Below are positions 12,778 to 28,800 of a stretch of DNA of 64,000 bases, in pieces. The stretch's first letter is position 1. Each line of letters begins with the position of its first letter. Source of the stretch: Selaginella moellendorffii (taxonomy: Eukaryota; Plantae; Lycopodiophyta); NCBI RefSeq assembly GCF_000143415.4, contig NW_003314341.1, positions 457,137 to 521,136 of the forward strand, written 5' to 3'. The position numbers and the translations under genes are program-made. The notes below the pieces were generated by a model, which was not told the origin of the DNA, made no database searches, and was given only the letters and a program-made list of their open reading frames with translations.

Positions 12778-13205
12778 ACGGGCTGGCTGGTAATTACCAG
12801 CGATTTAATATCGGCATTTTTTTTTTTTTACTTCCCTCTCTAGCTAACGGAATATCCTTTGAGGGATTATCCAATTGGTGCATGCGGCTGACTCTAGGAG
12901 GAGAGCTTTGGCTGGGCGGCTTGGCCTATTTTCACTGCGCGCAAATCTCTTGCCCTACTCGCGCGCGCGCTCTTGGCGATTGAGCAGTGGAGCGATGGCG
13001 CTGGGGCGGCTGGAGGAGGAGAGAGGTAGGCGACGGCGCTAGGCGGCCTTAGGTCTAGGGTTGGGGGAGCCATGGCTTTGAGCAGGAGGTCCTAGGAGTA
13101 GTCGTGCCGAAGAAATCCAAGCCGGAGAAGCCAGCGGCAGTGAAGGTGAGCTCTTATTCTCCTTCGATCTTTGCCCTCATTCCTTGACCTAGTTCTTCTC
13201 GCAGG

Positions 13206-15085
<1,880 letters not shown>

Positions 15086-15389
15086 TGTAGCAGCGGGTAC
15101 TTGTATTCCCTACCAAAAACTCTCACGTTTTAAACTTAAAACCAGAAGAAAAAAAATTAAAAAAATGAGAAACGTCAAAAACAAAAAGAAAAAATGCTAA
15201 AAAAACAAGAAAAAAAAAAACCAGCAATCTTCTAACCAGTTAGCAGCAGGTGGCGAATTCTTTGTTCTTGTCGTAACTGTGGAAATTTTGGTTCCACCGC
15301 ATCCTTTTGCGTGAAGTTCAGTAAAATGCGAAGTTTAGTTCTGAATAGGCGGAATATGCTTGACTGCGCTTATAACGAGGATATTCTGT

Positions 15390-16772
15390 CTACAACGTTT
15401 TCGAATTGAGATAGGCTATGGCGCCGAGAAAAAAAAGGAGAGCTATGCTTTCATCGGTATGTGCAACGCTACTAGAGGTTTCAGTGCTGCTGGGCTGCGA
15501 GGGATTGTTGAAAATTTCCTCCAATTCAGCGCATTGCTCCACTCCATCGTGTTTCAATGGCGACTTCAAGCAGAGACCCGTATTGTTCATGAGGCGGAGG
15601 CGAGCGCCGAGCTTGGTGGCGACTTCTCTGGAGACTGGAACTGGGCCGGACAAGGAGTTCCTGGCAAGGTTGAGCTCGCAGAGTTGAGGAAGCGCGAGGA
15701 TCTCTCTTGGGATTGATCCGTGGAGCTTGTTGTTTTCCAGGTGGAGAACTTTGAGGCTCTTGAGCCTTCCAAGCGCCGTGGGAATCTTCCCTGCGATGTT
15801 GGTCGAGGAGAGGACGAGGACCTGGAGGCTGGTGATGTTTCCCAGTGACTCTGGGATCGTGAAGCTGAGGCTGTTCTCCCGGAGGATCAAGTCTTGGAGC
15901 GTATGCAGCCTTCCAAACGACTCGGGGATGCCTCCAGCCAGCCGGTTGCGACTGAGATCCATGAAGAGCAGCGACTCAAACCTTCCCAATTCGTCTGGTA
16001 AGCTTCCACTCAATCTGTTGTTGCCCAAGTCGAGCTTCTTCAAGCTCCTCAAGCTGCTGATCACACCTGGGATCTCACCTTCCAGATCGTTGTTGCTCAA
16101 GTCCAGAATAATGGCGCTGGCGAGCTTGTCCAGCGAGCTGGGAATGAAACCGCTCAGCCTGTTGTTGCTGAGATCGAGCCTCTGGAGAGAGCTCAGGTTT
16201 CCAAGCGAAGGTGGTATAGAAGAGCTCAAGTTGTTACCGTGAAGATCCAAGGTGTGAAGCTTGGAGAGGCTTGCAAGCTCCGCAGGAACAGCACCAATGT
16301 GTCCGTTTTCTCGAAGCACCAGAGACTCGAGGCGAGCTCCAAGCTGACCGATTTGCGGCGGAATTGGCCGGGGATTGCCGCTGCAGCACCTGTAGAAGAA
16401 GAGGCGCCTGAGAAAGACGAGCTTGGCGATGGAAGGCGAGATTGTGGAGTCGGAGCTACAGGCAGGGAAGGCCGTGTCGTCGGAGAGGACTCCAAACGAG
16501 AGCGAGACGACGTGAAGGAGGTTGGTGCTCGTGTCCAAGGTACACTCGATTCCATGCCATCTTCCATTGCAAACATCCGGAATTGTTGTGACCCACGAGT
16601 TTCCAGTGGCAGCCATGACGTCGTAAACGGCTCGAATCTCGCGTGGATCGGTGCGAGCGCTGGCATTCTGCTGCATGATCGGGAGGACCATGTCGTCGCA
16701 GCTCACATGAGTCGTGACGATGCAGAGGATGATACAGGAAGAAGCGATCACGATACTTACAAGAAACATCAT
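15390..16772 (-). CDS. TMM: LRR receptor-like protein TOO MANY MOUTHS orthologue
   Basis: Signal peptide; TMM-diagnostic cap ARTDPRE..AVYDVMAATGN.W...IPDVC.GRWHGIEC...HVVSLSFG.LSDDTAFP.C; ~10 LRRs; RLRL.NN.GLC; C-terminal hydrophobic anchor; no kinase domain. Confidence 0.9.
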   Translation of the reverse strand: MMFLVSIVIASSCIILCIVTTHVSCDDMVLPIMQQNASARTDPREIRAVYDVMAATGNSWVTTIPDVCNGRWHGIECTLDTSTNLLHVVSLSFGVLSDDTAFPACSSDSTISPSIAKLVFLRRLFFYRCCSGNPRPIPPQIGQLGARLESLVLRENGHIGAVPAELASLSKLHTLDLHGNNLSSSIPPSLGNLSSLQRLDLSNNRLSGFIPSSLDKLASAIILDLSNNDLEGEIPGVISSLRSLKKLDLGNNRLSGSLPDELGRFESLLFMDLSRNRLAGGIPESFGRLHTLQDLILRENSLSFTIPESLGNITSLQVLVLSSTNIAGKIPTALGRLKSLKVLHLENNKLHGSIPREILALPQLCELNLARNSLSGPVPVSREVATKLGARLRLMNNTGLCLKSPLKHDGVEQCAELEEIFNNPSQPSSTETSSSVAHTDESIALLFFLGAIAYLNSKTL

Positions 16773-17699
16773 CCTTTCTACTCCAGTTGAAAGGTGAGAA
16801 ACTTCTCTTTTTTGCTTCTCGCATTATATAGTTGGAAGCCATGGATTCACATTGAATGTTTTCTTTGCAAGCTCACGGGAGAGCAGTGGATTCTATTAAA
16901 TCTGTAAAATGTTGCAGCAGGGGTCACAGGAAACCATGACCTCCTCATAAATGCAAGGTTTATGAAATTTAAGGTTTACAATGGATTGGGATGAGACAAG
17001 CGCATGAGCTTCTGTACAGGACCAGAGCACCTCTACCCGGGATTGTGAATATCTGAAATGAGCAAAAAAAATTTACTGTCGGTTTGATCTGGGTGGTGAA
17101 CGCGTCCAAGGATGAGCCGGATGCTTGACGAGTCTGGGAAGTGTCAAACTGGGAAAGAAGAAAAAGCAGTTTGACATTACATGCTTGATATTGGAGACGG
17201 CGGAGTACGACTATGTATGTCAAGGACAAGATCACAAGGCGAGCAGCTTGATGCTGGTGAAGAGGAGATATACCATTGAAGATCCTCACTTTTCGGGGTC
17301 AAGAGCCATTCTCTTATAAAATGCAAAAGTTTAAATCATGAAACTCTGTCCGCACCAGCGGCGGCCCAGGTCCAGAGCCGAATGGTACTCATTCGGTTCT
17401 TTTCTTTCAGGGTTTCTTGCGAGATTGAGAGAGCTGGATTGAGGTGTTCGAGCCACAGGGGCAAACAAACTCTTATGTATAGGAACAGAGTCTGAAATGG
17501 GGTGACCCGGCTTCCTGCTAAATTAGAAGTGTGCTTGTTTACGTATGTCACAATAACATCAGTTGTCTCGCAATCTTTCCCTCAGGAGTGTGGTGTGTTC
17601 CAGCAAGTGAGAAGAACTATAAATGTAAGGATTTAAAACATGTATTAGAGTAAACAAGAAAAGTGATTTAGAAAATCATAGCCATCAGAAACTTTAGAA

Positions 17700-18900
17700 C
17701 TGGCCCATACAAAACTCAATGGCTTGGTGTGTAAGACAAGCGCAGGTGGCCTTCTGTAAAAGCAGCTAATAGCCCAAAGCTACCTATAGAAGGAAAAGTG
17801 ACATCTAACTTTCTTATTGGCGACTGTCTGGAATGGGAAAATTGTGTTGGTTGAGTCTGGAGAAGGGCATGTTTATGGTATCTTGTCCAATACATGGCGG
17901 GTTCCCTTGCCAAGGTGAGTTCAATGGCAAGCTTTTGCTGGTTTAACCAATTCAACAGACTGCAAACAAACAAAACAAACCAAGTTGATAAACTTGTTGA
18001 AAGGAATTACCCTATGGGAAATATGGAAAGCCAGGTGTAACAAGATTTTCAACAATAAACATGATGGCCAAAAGGTGGTAGCTGTGTGAGTTTGGGCTTG
18101 AATCATCACTGCAGCAGCAGCACTAGAAAAAAGACAAGGGTGAAATGGTCCAGAAAAAACAAAAAGAGAAGCACAAATCTAGCATTTTTTGTGGAAGTAA
18201 AGGGAGGTAGGCATTCGTGAATGGATGTGGATACCACTGGATGAATGGTTTCAAGTGACACATTTAAAATGGCCATTAAGTTCTAATTCACAAGCAAACC
18301 TCTGCTTTCTTCCATAGTAAAACCCTCCCCTTGTGCTGGTTTTATGATCAGTTTTTTAGTGTTTTGCTAGTATATAAAAGGCCCCATTTAACAAAGATTG
18401 CAATAGAGAATTGGACAGCTTTGAAGAACATGTTTGGGAATGGCCATTTGTTCTTCCTCTTTGCTGCAGTTGAGCAGTCATGCAATCTAAAGTCATGTAA
18501 CATTTGCAGTACATGGTCCTTTCTCTAGTTTTTTTGTCATGATATCTACTGTCATTTGTTTCGTTGCAATGTACTTCAGCTGCACCCTATTCACTAGAAC
18601 TTGTTCTTGAATAAAGTGTACCTTATCTCAATGTGTTTGGGTGTGAATAATTAGTGGGCAATAATCATACGGTTGTGGTTCCATTGGTGAAGAGTGAGAG
18701 GAGGAAATACAAGAGAAAAGCTTCAGGGAAATAGCAAGAGAGTGGTGTGCCATGGAGTCGAACACACTGGTGCTGCCAATAAGGCCTGTGGCAAGGAGGA
18801 CGAACCTCTGGACAGCCACAATGTAGTCCTTAGGTAGCAGTGGTTCTTCCATGTTTGCTCTTCTTACAATACTCTGCCTCAATGGGTGAAAGAGCTATGA
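17700..18900 (-). mobile_element. Possible highly decayed LINE ORF2 remnant
   Basis: Only faint motif echoes, in the expected order on the minus strand (LLATGLI, YDYCPLII like endonuclease SDHCPI, YHLLAI like RT YRPISL). No long ORF. Confidence 0.25.
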
Positions 18901-19418
18901 TTGCTTGTCACTTGCTACTCTAAGTTTGAAGAGATATCCTAAACCCAGAGCTCTGGCGTTCTTTCTTTCCAATCCTTGAGGATGGATTCCATAATGTTTA
19001 TAACCTGAGCAATGTTGGAGATGTCAACTAATGCTAGCGCAAATGTGAGTGTAACTATTGTAAGTAGGTCAGACACTATGCTAGAGAATGTCAAGACACC
19101 TTGAAGTTGCTCAGAACAGCCTTGGAATTGCCTCCTCAACTTGGTGATATCCTTGTTTGCTTTGAGTTGACAAGCAAAGCTATGGCTATGGTTGTCTTTG
19201 TGAGTTAATGGTTTTTCTTCATTAATAAGAGCATTTTACTATCTTATGCATTCTAGGCAAACCAACGATTCGTGGTGATTGCTTCATCTAGACTTGATAG
19301 CTGAGAGAGCATTGATATCAGCCTGGTTATAATTATTTGAGTGTTTGATTTTATCCTGCGTAGGTTCTGGCTTACAGACAGGAGTCGTGCTAGTTTCAAA
19401 ACAGCTTCGTGGTGAAAC

Positions 19419-21182
<1,764 letters not shown>

Positions 21183-21247
21183 CGAAGAATCTATCGATCG
21201 ATTCACAAACCCTAAAGCTTGAGAATAAATAAGGGGAGTTGTTCTAT

Positions 21248-22347
21248 TCACGCATTGCTCTTCTGGATGACAACAGCGTTAGCCAATCCAGCCTCTTGGA
21301 TCGTGAGCGACGAATCGTTGAGGAGCTTTGGAGGAAATCCCATGACTTGGAGCGAGTAGAGCTTGGGTCCGCCGGCTCGGGCCGCGTCGATAAACCCACG
21401 AATGTCTCCCACGGTGTGGTGATTGTTGAATCGCGCTACCATTCTCGTCCCATCGGCGAGCCGCAGCTGGAGCGACGTGAAAGGCTTCTGCTCGTCCACC
21501 ACGATCCCACGGAATGGAGCGGCAGGGGTCACAGCGGCGTCACTAGCGTCATTGCTGCTGGGGGGCTGCGAAGATCCTAGAGTTCTTCCTGCTCCAAAGA
21601 AGTATTGCTGCTGCGCTGGAGGCGGCGGCTGGCATGGAGCAAAGCAAAGATCACAGATGAGAAGAGAGAAACTTGAGAGAAGGAACTTACGGTCCAGTCC
21701 GCGTCGCGCTTCATCAAGTTGACATGGACCGGGATGTCTGGATTTCTAGAGTCCAATTCTCTCGGGCACTCACCTCTGTGGATGCTCTAGAAGAACAAGC
21801 AAGGGGGCTTGTGAGAACCGAAAGAGAGAAACAAGAAACTCTATCTCACGCACCTGGAGAAAAGGAATGTTTGCTGGATCGTCGAGCCTTCTCAGGCCAC
21901 CATCGTTCACAGTGAAGCCATTCCTCCAGAAAGTGATGGTGTGAAACACTGGCTCCGGCGTCGATTCCTCGTCCGGAGCTGCCGCCCCGGATGCCTGGCC
22001 GCCTGCTAGGGTTCTTCCAACGCCCCCAAACCCACCGGATTTGGCGCGGCTGGATGAGGACGAGACATCGCCCGTCCCCTTCTGGGCTCCAAGCTCCAGC
22101 GCGCGATTGAAAATCGAGTCGACATCCTTGTTCTGCTTGTTGTTGGCAGGATCTTGGACCACCATGCCACTGAAAATCACATCGATCGATTCATCGGCCA
22201 CGAAACTAACTTGGACCATTGCTGTGCCTACCTCTTCTCGCCGCCAGTGTAGTACTCCTGCCCATCCGAATCGCTGTCCGATTCATGCGCGCGCTTGAGA
22301 TCAGAGAGAGTAGCGACCTCGCCGCGTTTCTTCTTCTTGTCTCCCAT
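21248..22347 (-). CDS. SEP-UBX domain protein (p47/NSFL1C-like, plant PUX3/4/5 type)
   Basis: QEYYTGGEK|SGMVVQDP; SEP domain [27 protein letters not shown]; UBX domain [36 protein letters not shown] at 22347. Confidence 0.92.
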
Positions 22348-22446
22348 CCTCCTCCAAGAACCCTAACCTAAAGCCCTTTTCTCTTTACTTTAGTAGTTAT
22401 ACATAACTAACGACCACCACCGGTCACCCTAAAATTTCTCTCTTTC

Positions 22447-24322
22447 ATGGGCAGTGAAGGCGACGGCAAATCGATCGCCCCCGAGCAGCACGATCCGGAG
22501 CAGCAGCGCCAGGTACTTGATCGTTCGCGTGAAATTCCCTTGCGCTGTTGTGTGTTCTTTGCTTGATCGGCACGGCATTTTCTTGCTATCGATTGAAGGA
22601 ATGGAGCTCACTGATTCATTCATCCATCCACTGTTTGATCGACCAGCTTTTAGCAATCTATCTCTTTCTGGTTCACAGGACGAGGAGGAAGAGGTGGTGG
22701 AGGAGGAGGAGGAGGAGGAGGATCACGAGGAGCCGACCACGTCCGCCGCTCATCAATTCGATTGCCAATGGCCCATGGCCGATGTAATTGGAGCAGCAGC
22801 GCCATCTCCAGCACTCCAGGTTCTTCCTTTCAAGAGTTTTTTACTTCTTATCCTTGGTTCTTCGATCGTTCTTCCTTTTTGATTCGTTTCTGCGACTGAT
22901 GGATTGGTTCCTCTCGCAGGCAGCAGCTGTTCCAGGCTACGCTTCATCGCCAGTACGCTATATGTGGGGAGGAATCCAGGCAAGTATTCATCTTTTTATA
23001 CGTTTTCTTCTCTCTCTTTTTTGACAATGGAGAAGTTTTCTCTTTTTTGTTTGCGTTTCAGCCTTTGATGCCATCGTTCGCGACATACAATCCTTATGGG
23101 CAGCCGGTAAGATTTTTCTCGTCAGAAAACAGTGTTGATCGTATACAGCAAATGAGCAACAAGCATCCTGCTATGTCTTAAGCATGCTTTTAGGGGCCAC
23201 CTCCTGGACATTTCGGTGCAAAGGCTTTCCAAATGGTACGTCCACCGTGAGCGACCACGGATTGTTTTTTACTCGCGAGAGCTCCACAGGCTCAGAGTGG
23301 TCCTGCTGCGTCAGCCGATGTGCAACAAGCCGACTCGCCATCGAAGAGCAAGCCCGTCAAGAACGGCAGCTTTGGCCACAGGTCAGCCAGCTTTCTTTCG
23401 TTTTGATTATCGAGCTCACCGCACTTTGACAGTAGCAGCAGTGGCAGCGATGGATCAAGCGAAGGAAGCGAAGATGACAACTCCAACAACAACAACAATG
23501 TAAGGAATGTTTTAGCCTCGTTCGTCAACACTGCTTTACAAGTTCTCTGCTGCAGAAGAATGCTTTCCATCAAATGGCTATGGAAGGTGACCGATCTTTA
23601 AACTCTGTTCCCTTGAGTAGCTGGAACTTCACTCGGTCTCGGATGTTGCAGTTTTGGAGAGTAGCAATACAGCAGGAATGTTTGGAAGCTGCTCTGGCTC
23701 CATTGAAGCGAATCCAACGGGAGTGCCGAATACTCTGATGGATTACTGGAGCGGAAATGTTTCCAGAGTACACAGGAAATCGAAGCACTCGTCAGTGCCA
23801 TCGCAGCCGCTGGTCCCGGGGATGCCAAGCTCGCTGTTGGGGGCTGCTTCCGCTTGTGATGGTTCTGATATGTGGTCACAGGTTTATCACACTTGTTTCC
23901 TTCTTTTTTTTCTCAATGTACCTCTGGTAGGATGAACGAGAGCTCAAAAGACAAAGAAGAAAGCAATCCAACCGGGAGTCAGCAAGGCGATCGAGATTGC
24001 GAAAGCAGGCAAGTTTGTCTTCATTCCTTTTCAGAAGAAAGTGATTTAAATCGAATTAATTTGTGTGAAATGAGACAGGCAGAGTGTGAAGAACTAAGCA
24101 CCAGAGTGGATGCTTTGGCTGTGGAGAACGCGGCACTGAGGACCGAGTTGGGCCGACTTATGGAAGAACGTAACAAGCTCGCACAAGAAAATGTCACTTT
24201 GATGGTATGGTTTTACAAAGTTTGTGATTTTTCTAGCTAAACATATATAGTCTAATTTCTTACAGGAACAAGTGCTAGAAAAATCACAACACGAGCAAGA
24301 CACAATGTTTGCTCCTAGTTAA
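22447..24322 (+). CDS. G-group bZIP transcription factor (GBF-like)
   Basis: Many short exons. YMWG motif; basic region DERELKRQRRKQSNRESARRSRLRKQ|AECEEL..RV..L..EN..LR.EL; last exon EQVLEKSQHEQDTMFAPS* (stop 24320-22). Start codon inferred. Confidence 0.9.
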
Positions 24323-24939
24323 TTCATCATTCATTAAATTTAATACATAATTCTTTCCCAAATCTAAAACGATGTCATTTTTCTTTCCTTAAAAATGTCG
24401 CATTCCCTAGTCACACTGCCTGAACTTGGACAGCTTTTTGTACCCTTAAAAAAACAGTGTTTTACCTTTCATAAAAGGGTGATTTATTATTAAACCTTTC
24501 AAAAGAAAGGCTGAAATAATGTAGTGTTCTTAGAGATAAATACTATTAATAAAAAATTAAACATAATGTAGTAGGATAATTTAATTGATGGTAAATACTT
24601 ATGCTTATAAAATATCATTTAACTTTGATTATCTTTTATACTTTGAAGTTTATACTTTTTAATAGACTTTCAAGGTGAAAGATAAATCTCAAACCCTTCA
24701 AAAGAAAAAAAAATGTCACCCTTCAATGTTCCACAAAAAGACCCCACCTGGGAGCAGCGTCCCACCCCCTACTAAAGCACCCTCCAGCCGCCTCTCCTCC
24801 CTCTCTGCTCATCTTCCCATCATATGATCACACAATGCTGGGTAAGCACTGGTTCTCATATTTGCATGTCTTGTGGGAAGCTTTCATTTGAGGTATAGCT
24901 CCTCACATTTCTTTTCTCTTGGGCTTCTATAAAACGTTT

Positions 24940-25290
24940 TGGCAGGGGAAGTCCTGTGATAGACGTTCTGCTGAGATCGCATTTGGATCTTCGTACTACC
25001 ATCTCCATCCTGATGATTCCCATCTCGTTGGGATTGGCTGCCGGTAACTAAACATTTCTTTCTCTCTTAATTTCGTCTTCTCTATTTCTCTGAAAGCTTC
25101 ACTGTTTGTGCTATCATGGCCATGTTCATAGACTGGGGCTGCTGGTAAGATAAACTCTTCACTCTCATCTTTATGACTCTGGTTTTAGACAATCGGATCT
25201 ACTATTGGACTGGGCATTTTGTAAGTGGCCACTCACTGAAGCATTTGATAGCGGCTTGATCATGCAAGGAAGTTGTTCACAGAGTTTTTC
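24940..25290 (+). pseudogene. Alkaline (phyto)ceramidase-like pseudogene fragment
   Basis: AFGSSYYHLHPDDSHLV(frameshift)WDWLP and YYWTGHFVSGHSLKHLIAA match the CREST-family ceramidase motifs (S..YH, SGH.LKH). Splice-site remnants; frameshifts; no complete ORF. Confidence 0.65.
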
Positions 25291-25809
25291 TTTTCTATCA
25301 TTTAAGCTATGTCTCACTGCTTCTAAAAAACCACTTGTAGGTTAGGAGATTGAGGGCAATGAGCATGATGAACGCTAACCTTCTCACTCATGTGTAAGAA
25401 CTCGTGCCTTTAGTTGCTGTAGAATGGGGCCAACATATATGTGTTTTTTGATCATATAGTGAATAAAATACTTAATTACGCACTCTGGAGCAAAAACCTT
25501 TACTCAAGAAGAGAACACACAAGACACTTGACATGCCTTCATGATAAAGGGCTGGTGAGTTGCAAGATTGGAGCAGCTAGAATCATGTCTTTGAAGCACA
25601 ATAGGGGCAGAAGATTGAAAGCCAAATCTAGAGCTCCTGAGGGACTTTTGTGTATATAGAAGTGTCAACTACTTCTTTGGAACAGGACGTGGTAAAAAAG
25701 GTGGCTTATTTGCTTTTATGTTCTAAGGTTTGTAAATATATATATGTATATACATATATTACCCTAGCTAAGTAATACACTAATTATAGTATTATAGTAT
25801 ATGAATAAT

Positions 25810-28800
25810 CCAGTCCAAGTGCTCCACTTGCCCGGTCCCAAGACCAACATTCCAAGGTACCACCGACATACTAGCCTATTACGCTAAGGCCATGCCCTTT
25901 CACCTTTGTCACACCGGTGGTCCAACATCACCTGCATCACAGTCCTGTCTCTCAAGGATTGGGCCATTCATCCAGGAGTGACCATCCAAGATCCACTCCT
26001 TAGCATCCTTAAGATGCTCGCAAACATAGAGAACAGCCTTCCTTAATATCCCTTTTACTGTCCTCACCAAGTCCCTTTTCTGCCCATGGCTGTGTTCGCC
26101 AACACTGCCACTAGGACAGAGCTTATAGGCCCGACCAGTAAGTCCCACTATCCTCTGGGACTTCCTCACCACATGATTGTATCATTGGTCACTACACTAA
26201 AGGACCACTCCTCTTCCTTTCCATAGTCTGGGACTTTGGGACAACATTTCAGAACACTATGGCCTTACGCAAGCCTCATGGGTACTCTCCCCACCTTCCG
26301 CCTTTTGGTGCTCTAGCCATGGGTTTAGAGCAAGGTTTCGTTGAGCCACGCCAGGTATCCAAGTAGGTAGTGCCATCTACACTTGGACTGGGAGCATTGA
26401 CCATTCAATCTCTTGGGGGAACTAGAGCCGGCTCTTAAACACTTCACCAAGCTACCACGCTTGACAGTCCATATTCACTCTAGCCTTGGACCTCCCAATG
26501 GTTATCCCGTCACCTAACACCTGGGCACGGCCTTCCTGGGCCAAATTGGCATTTCCTGGCCAAACTGGCTCCACTGGAGTCCACCCCCCTACTATACTTT
26601 TGGAGCTCACCAAACCCCCTAGGGTTTGGGAGACGAACGCTTTGGGCTTTCACCCTCTTAGACTCGAACTCGGACTCGGACTCAGACTTGGAATCGGACT
26701 CGAACTCAGACTCGGACTCAGACTCAGACTCGGACTCGGACTTGGACTCGGGCTTGGGCTCGATCTCGGCCTCGGTCTCGGTCCCGGTCTCGGTCTCTGT
26801 CTCGGTCTCGGTCTCGGTCTCAGTCTCGGTCTCAGTCCTAGTCTCGGTCTCGGTCTCGGTCTCAGTCTCGGTCTCAGTCCTAGTCTCGGTCTCGGTCTCG
26901 ACTTTGGTATCCATCTCGGCTCCATCTCGGGTCCATCTCGGACTCTATCTCAGGTCCATCTCGAACTCCATCTCGGACTCCATCTCAGACTCCATCTCAG
27001 GTTCATCTTGGACTCCATCTCGGACTCCATTTCGGGTCCATCTCGGATCCATCTCGGACTCCATCTCGGTCCATCTCGGATCCATCTTAGACTCCATTTT
27101 GGTCCATCTCAGACTCCATCTCGGACTCCATTTTGGGTCCATCTTGGACTCCATCTCGGACTCCATTTCAGGTCCATCTCAAATCCATCTCGAACTCCAT
27201 CTCGGACTCCATCTCGGATTCCTCAAGTTGGAGCTTTTAGTCCAAACCTGTTACGTTCGTTTGGCTTCTGCTTCGGCCACTACCATGTGGCACCCTTTCG
27301 GCTCCACTTTGGGGCTTAGGGATTTGTGTCTTACAATTCCACCACCTATAGACAAAGTTCGATGTCCTTATCAAATGATAAACCATTTTATAAAGTAACA
27401 CTAGCATGTATTACCTTTTCCATCCTTGGCACTTAACCCATATTCGTCAATGGTTCGACACCGAAGGCTTACCATGCCTTGTTCAACATCTAAAGAGCAT
27501 AGTGTCTCTAACATAGGGACTCATTTAACCACTTCAGATGGTTCTCTCCCTTTTTTATTGGTTTAGCTCTCGCTAAACCCATTAGAGACACCTTCTCTAG
27601 CTTAATCCCATTACTCATTCTCGAATAGTCTCAACTTTTATTGACATAACCAGTTCACCTTAGAACTTTTAATTTTGACTTTTCAAAGTCAATTTCCTTG
27701 GTGTCTCTGACACCTTTCATTGCATATATTGTGCAACTTCACTTCCCCATCCTAGGAAGTTCTCCACTTGAGGGCACCATCATCCTCCTTTCTATTTTGT
27801 GCCACCTTTGGCACCAAGTTCTAGCTATCGTAAGTTGTGCTAGAACTGTCCATGACCCTATCATTTGGCTACTTTGCCATTCCCTCCCTTGGAGCTTTCA
27901 CCTTTGCCAATTTGGAGCAATTAGGAATCCATCCTCGGAAGCACACTTCCTTTCTCACAATCCATTAGTATCCAACATTTTAGTGTCCCATGCCTAATTT
28001 TGCCATTTGGATTCCTTCCAATGAACTCCATGGCCCACACGTGGCCACTAGTTTTTTGCTTTTATCTGTAAGCAATCAAAGAGAACGACTTAAGAGACGG
28101 TCCATGGGGTTCAAATATAGAAGGAAATGGCTCATGAATAAAAGTGCACCCCTTTTTCCAATCGGTTAAGGGTCTTGGGATACTTGGGGTTAAGCGTCCT
28201 TGGGTTTGAATAGTACTCAGCTGGGTGACCTCCCAGGAAGTCCAAACTCAAGAGGGGTACATTATCCGTTGATTGTTACATTGAGCAACATAAGATCAAT
28301 ACTTCCATTCTTGAGGTATCCTTTTGGTTCTATGGCAAAGGCTCTACTTTGCTAAGTCTAGAAGGTGCTCACCCCTAATAGGTTTCTTTAGCATTTTCTG
28401 TAACGGGCTCCATCCACGGCCCAACTTTGTGACCCTCCCATAGGTCTCTCTTAGAGACTACTTTCTTGGACTTACTATACCATCGTTTTGGTACGACTGA
28501 TTTCCCTTTAGGTGTTCTTCCCACTTGGTCACCTTGACCAAGCCACACCATTCTCAATAATTCAACTCAACACTTTGAACTAAGAATCATATTCCTTAAC
28601 CCAAACAAAGACTTTATCCTTGTTTAGCTATAAGATCACCTAGTGATCTCATTTTGACCTCTTAACAGGTTTACCAATAGGAACTAGGTCTTCCAGACCC
28701 TTTTAAATTGTTGATTATGACCCCAGAGGCATCTCTCACGCTTGGCGGTGCACCCAAGCCAACCCTTCTAACCAAGAATCCATAGTAACTGAGATTAAAT

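Noticed and set aside
28189-28243. 5S rRNA gene
   Set aside because: Only ~55 nt of the ~120-nt gene is present, diverged and embedded in a TG...CA element with a TSD.
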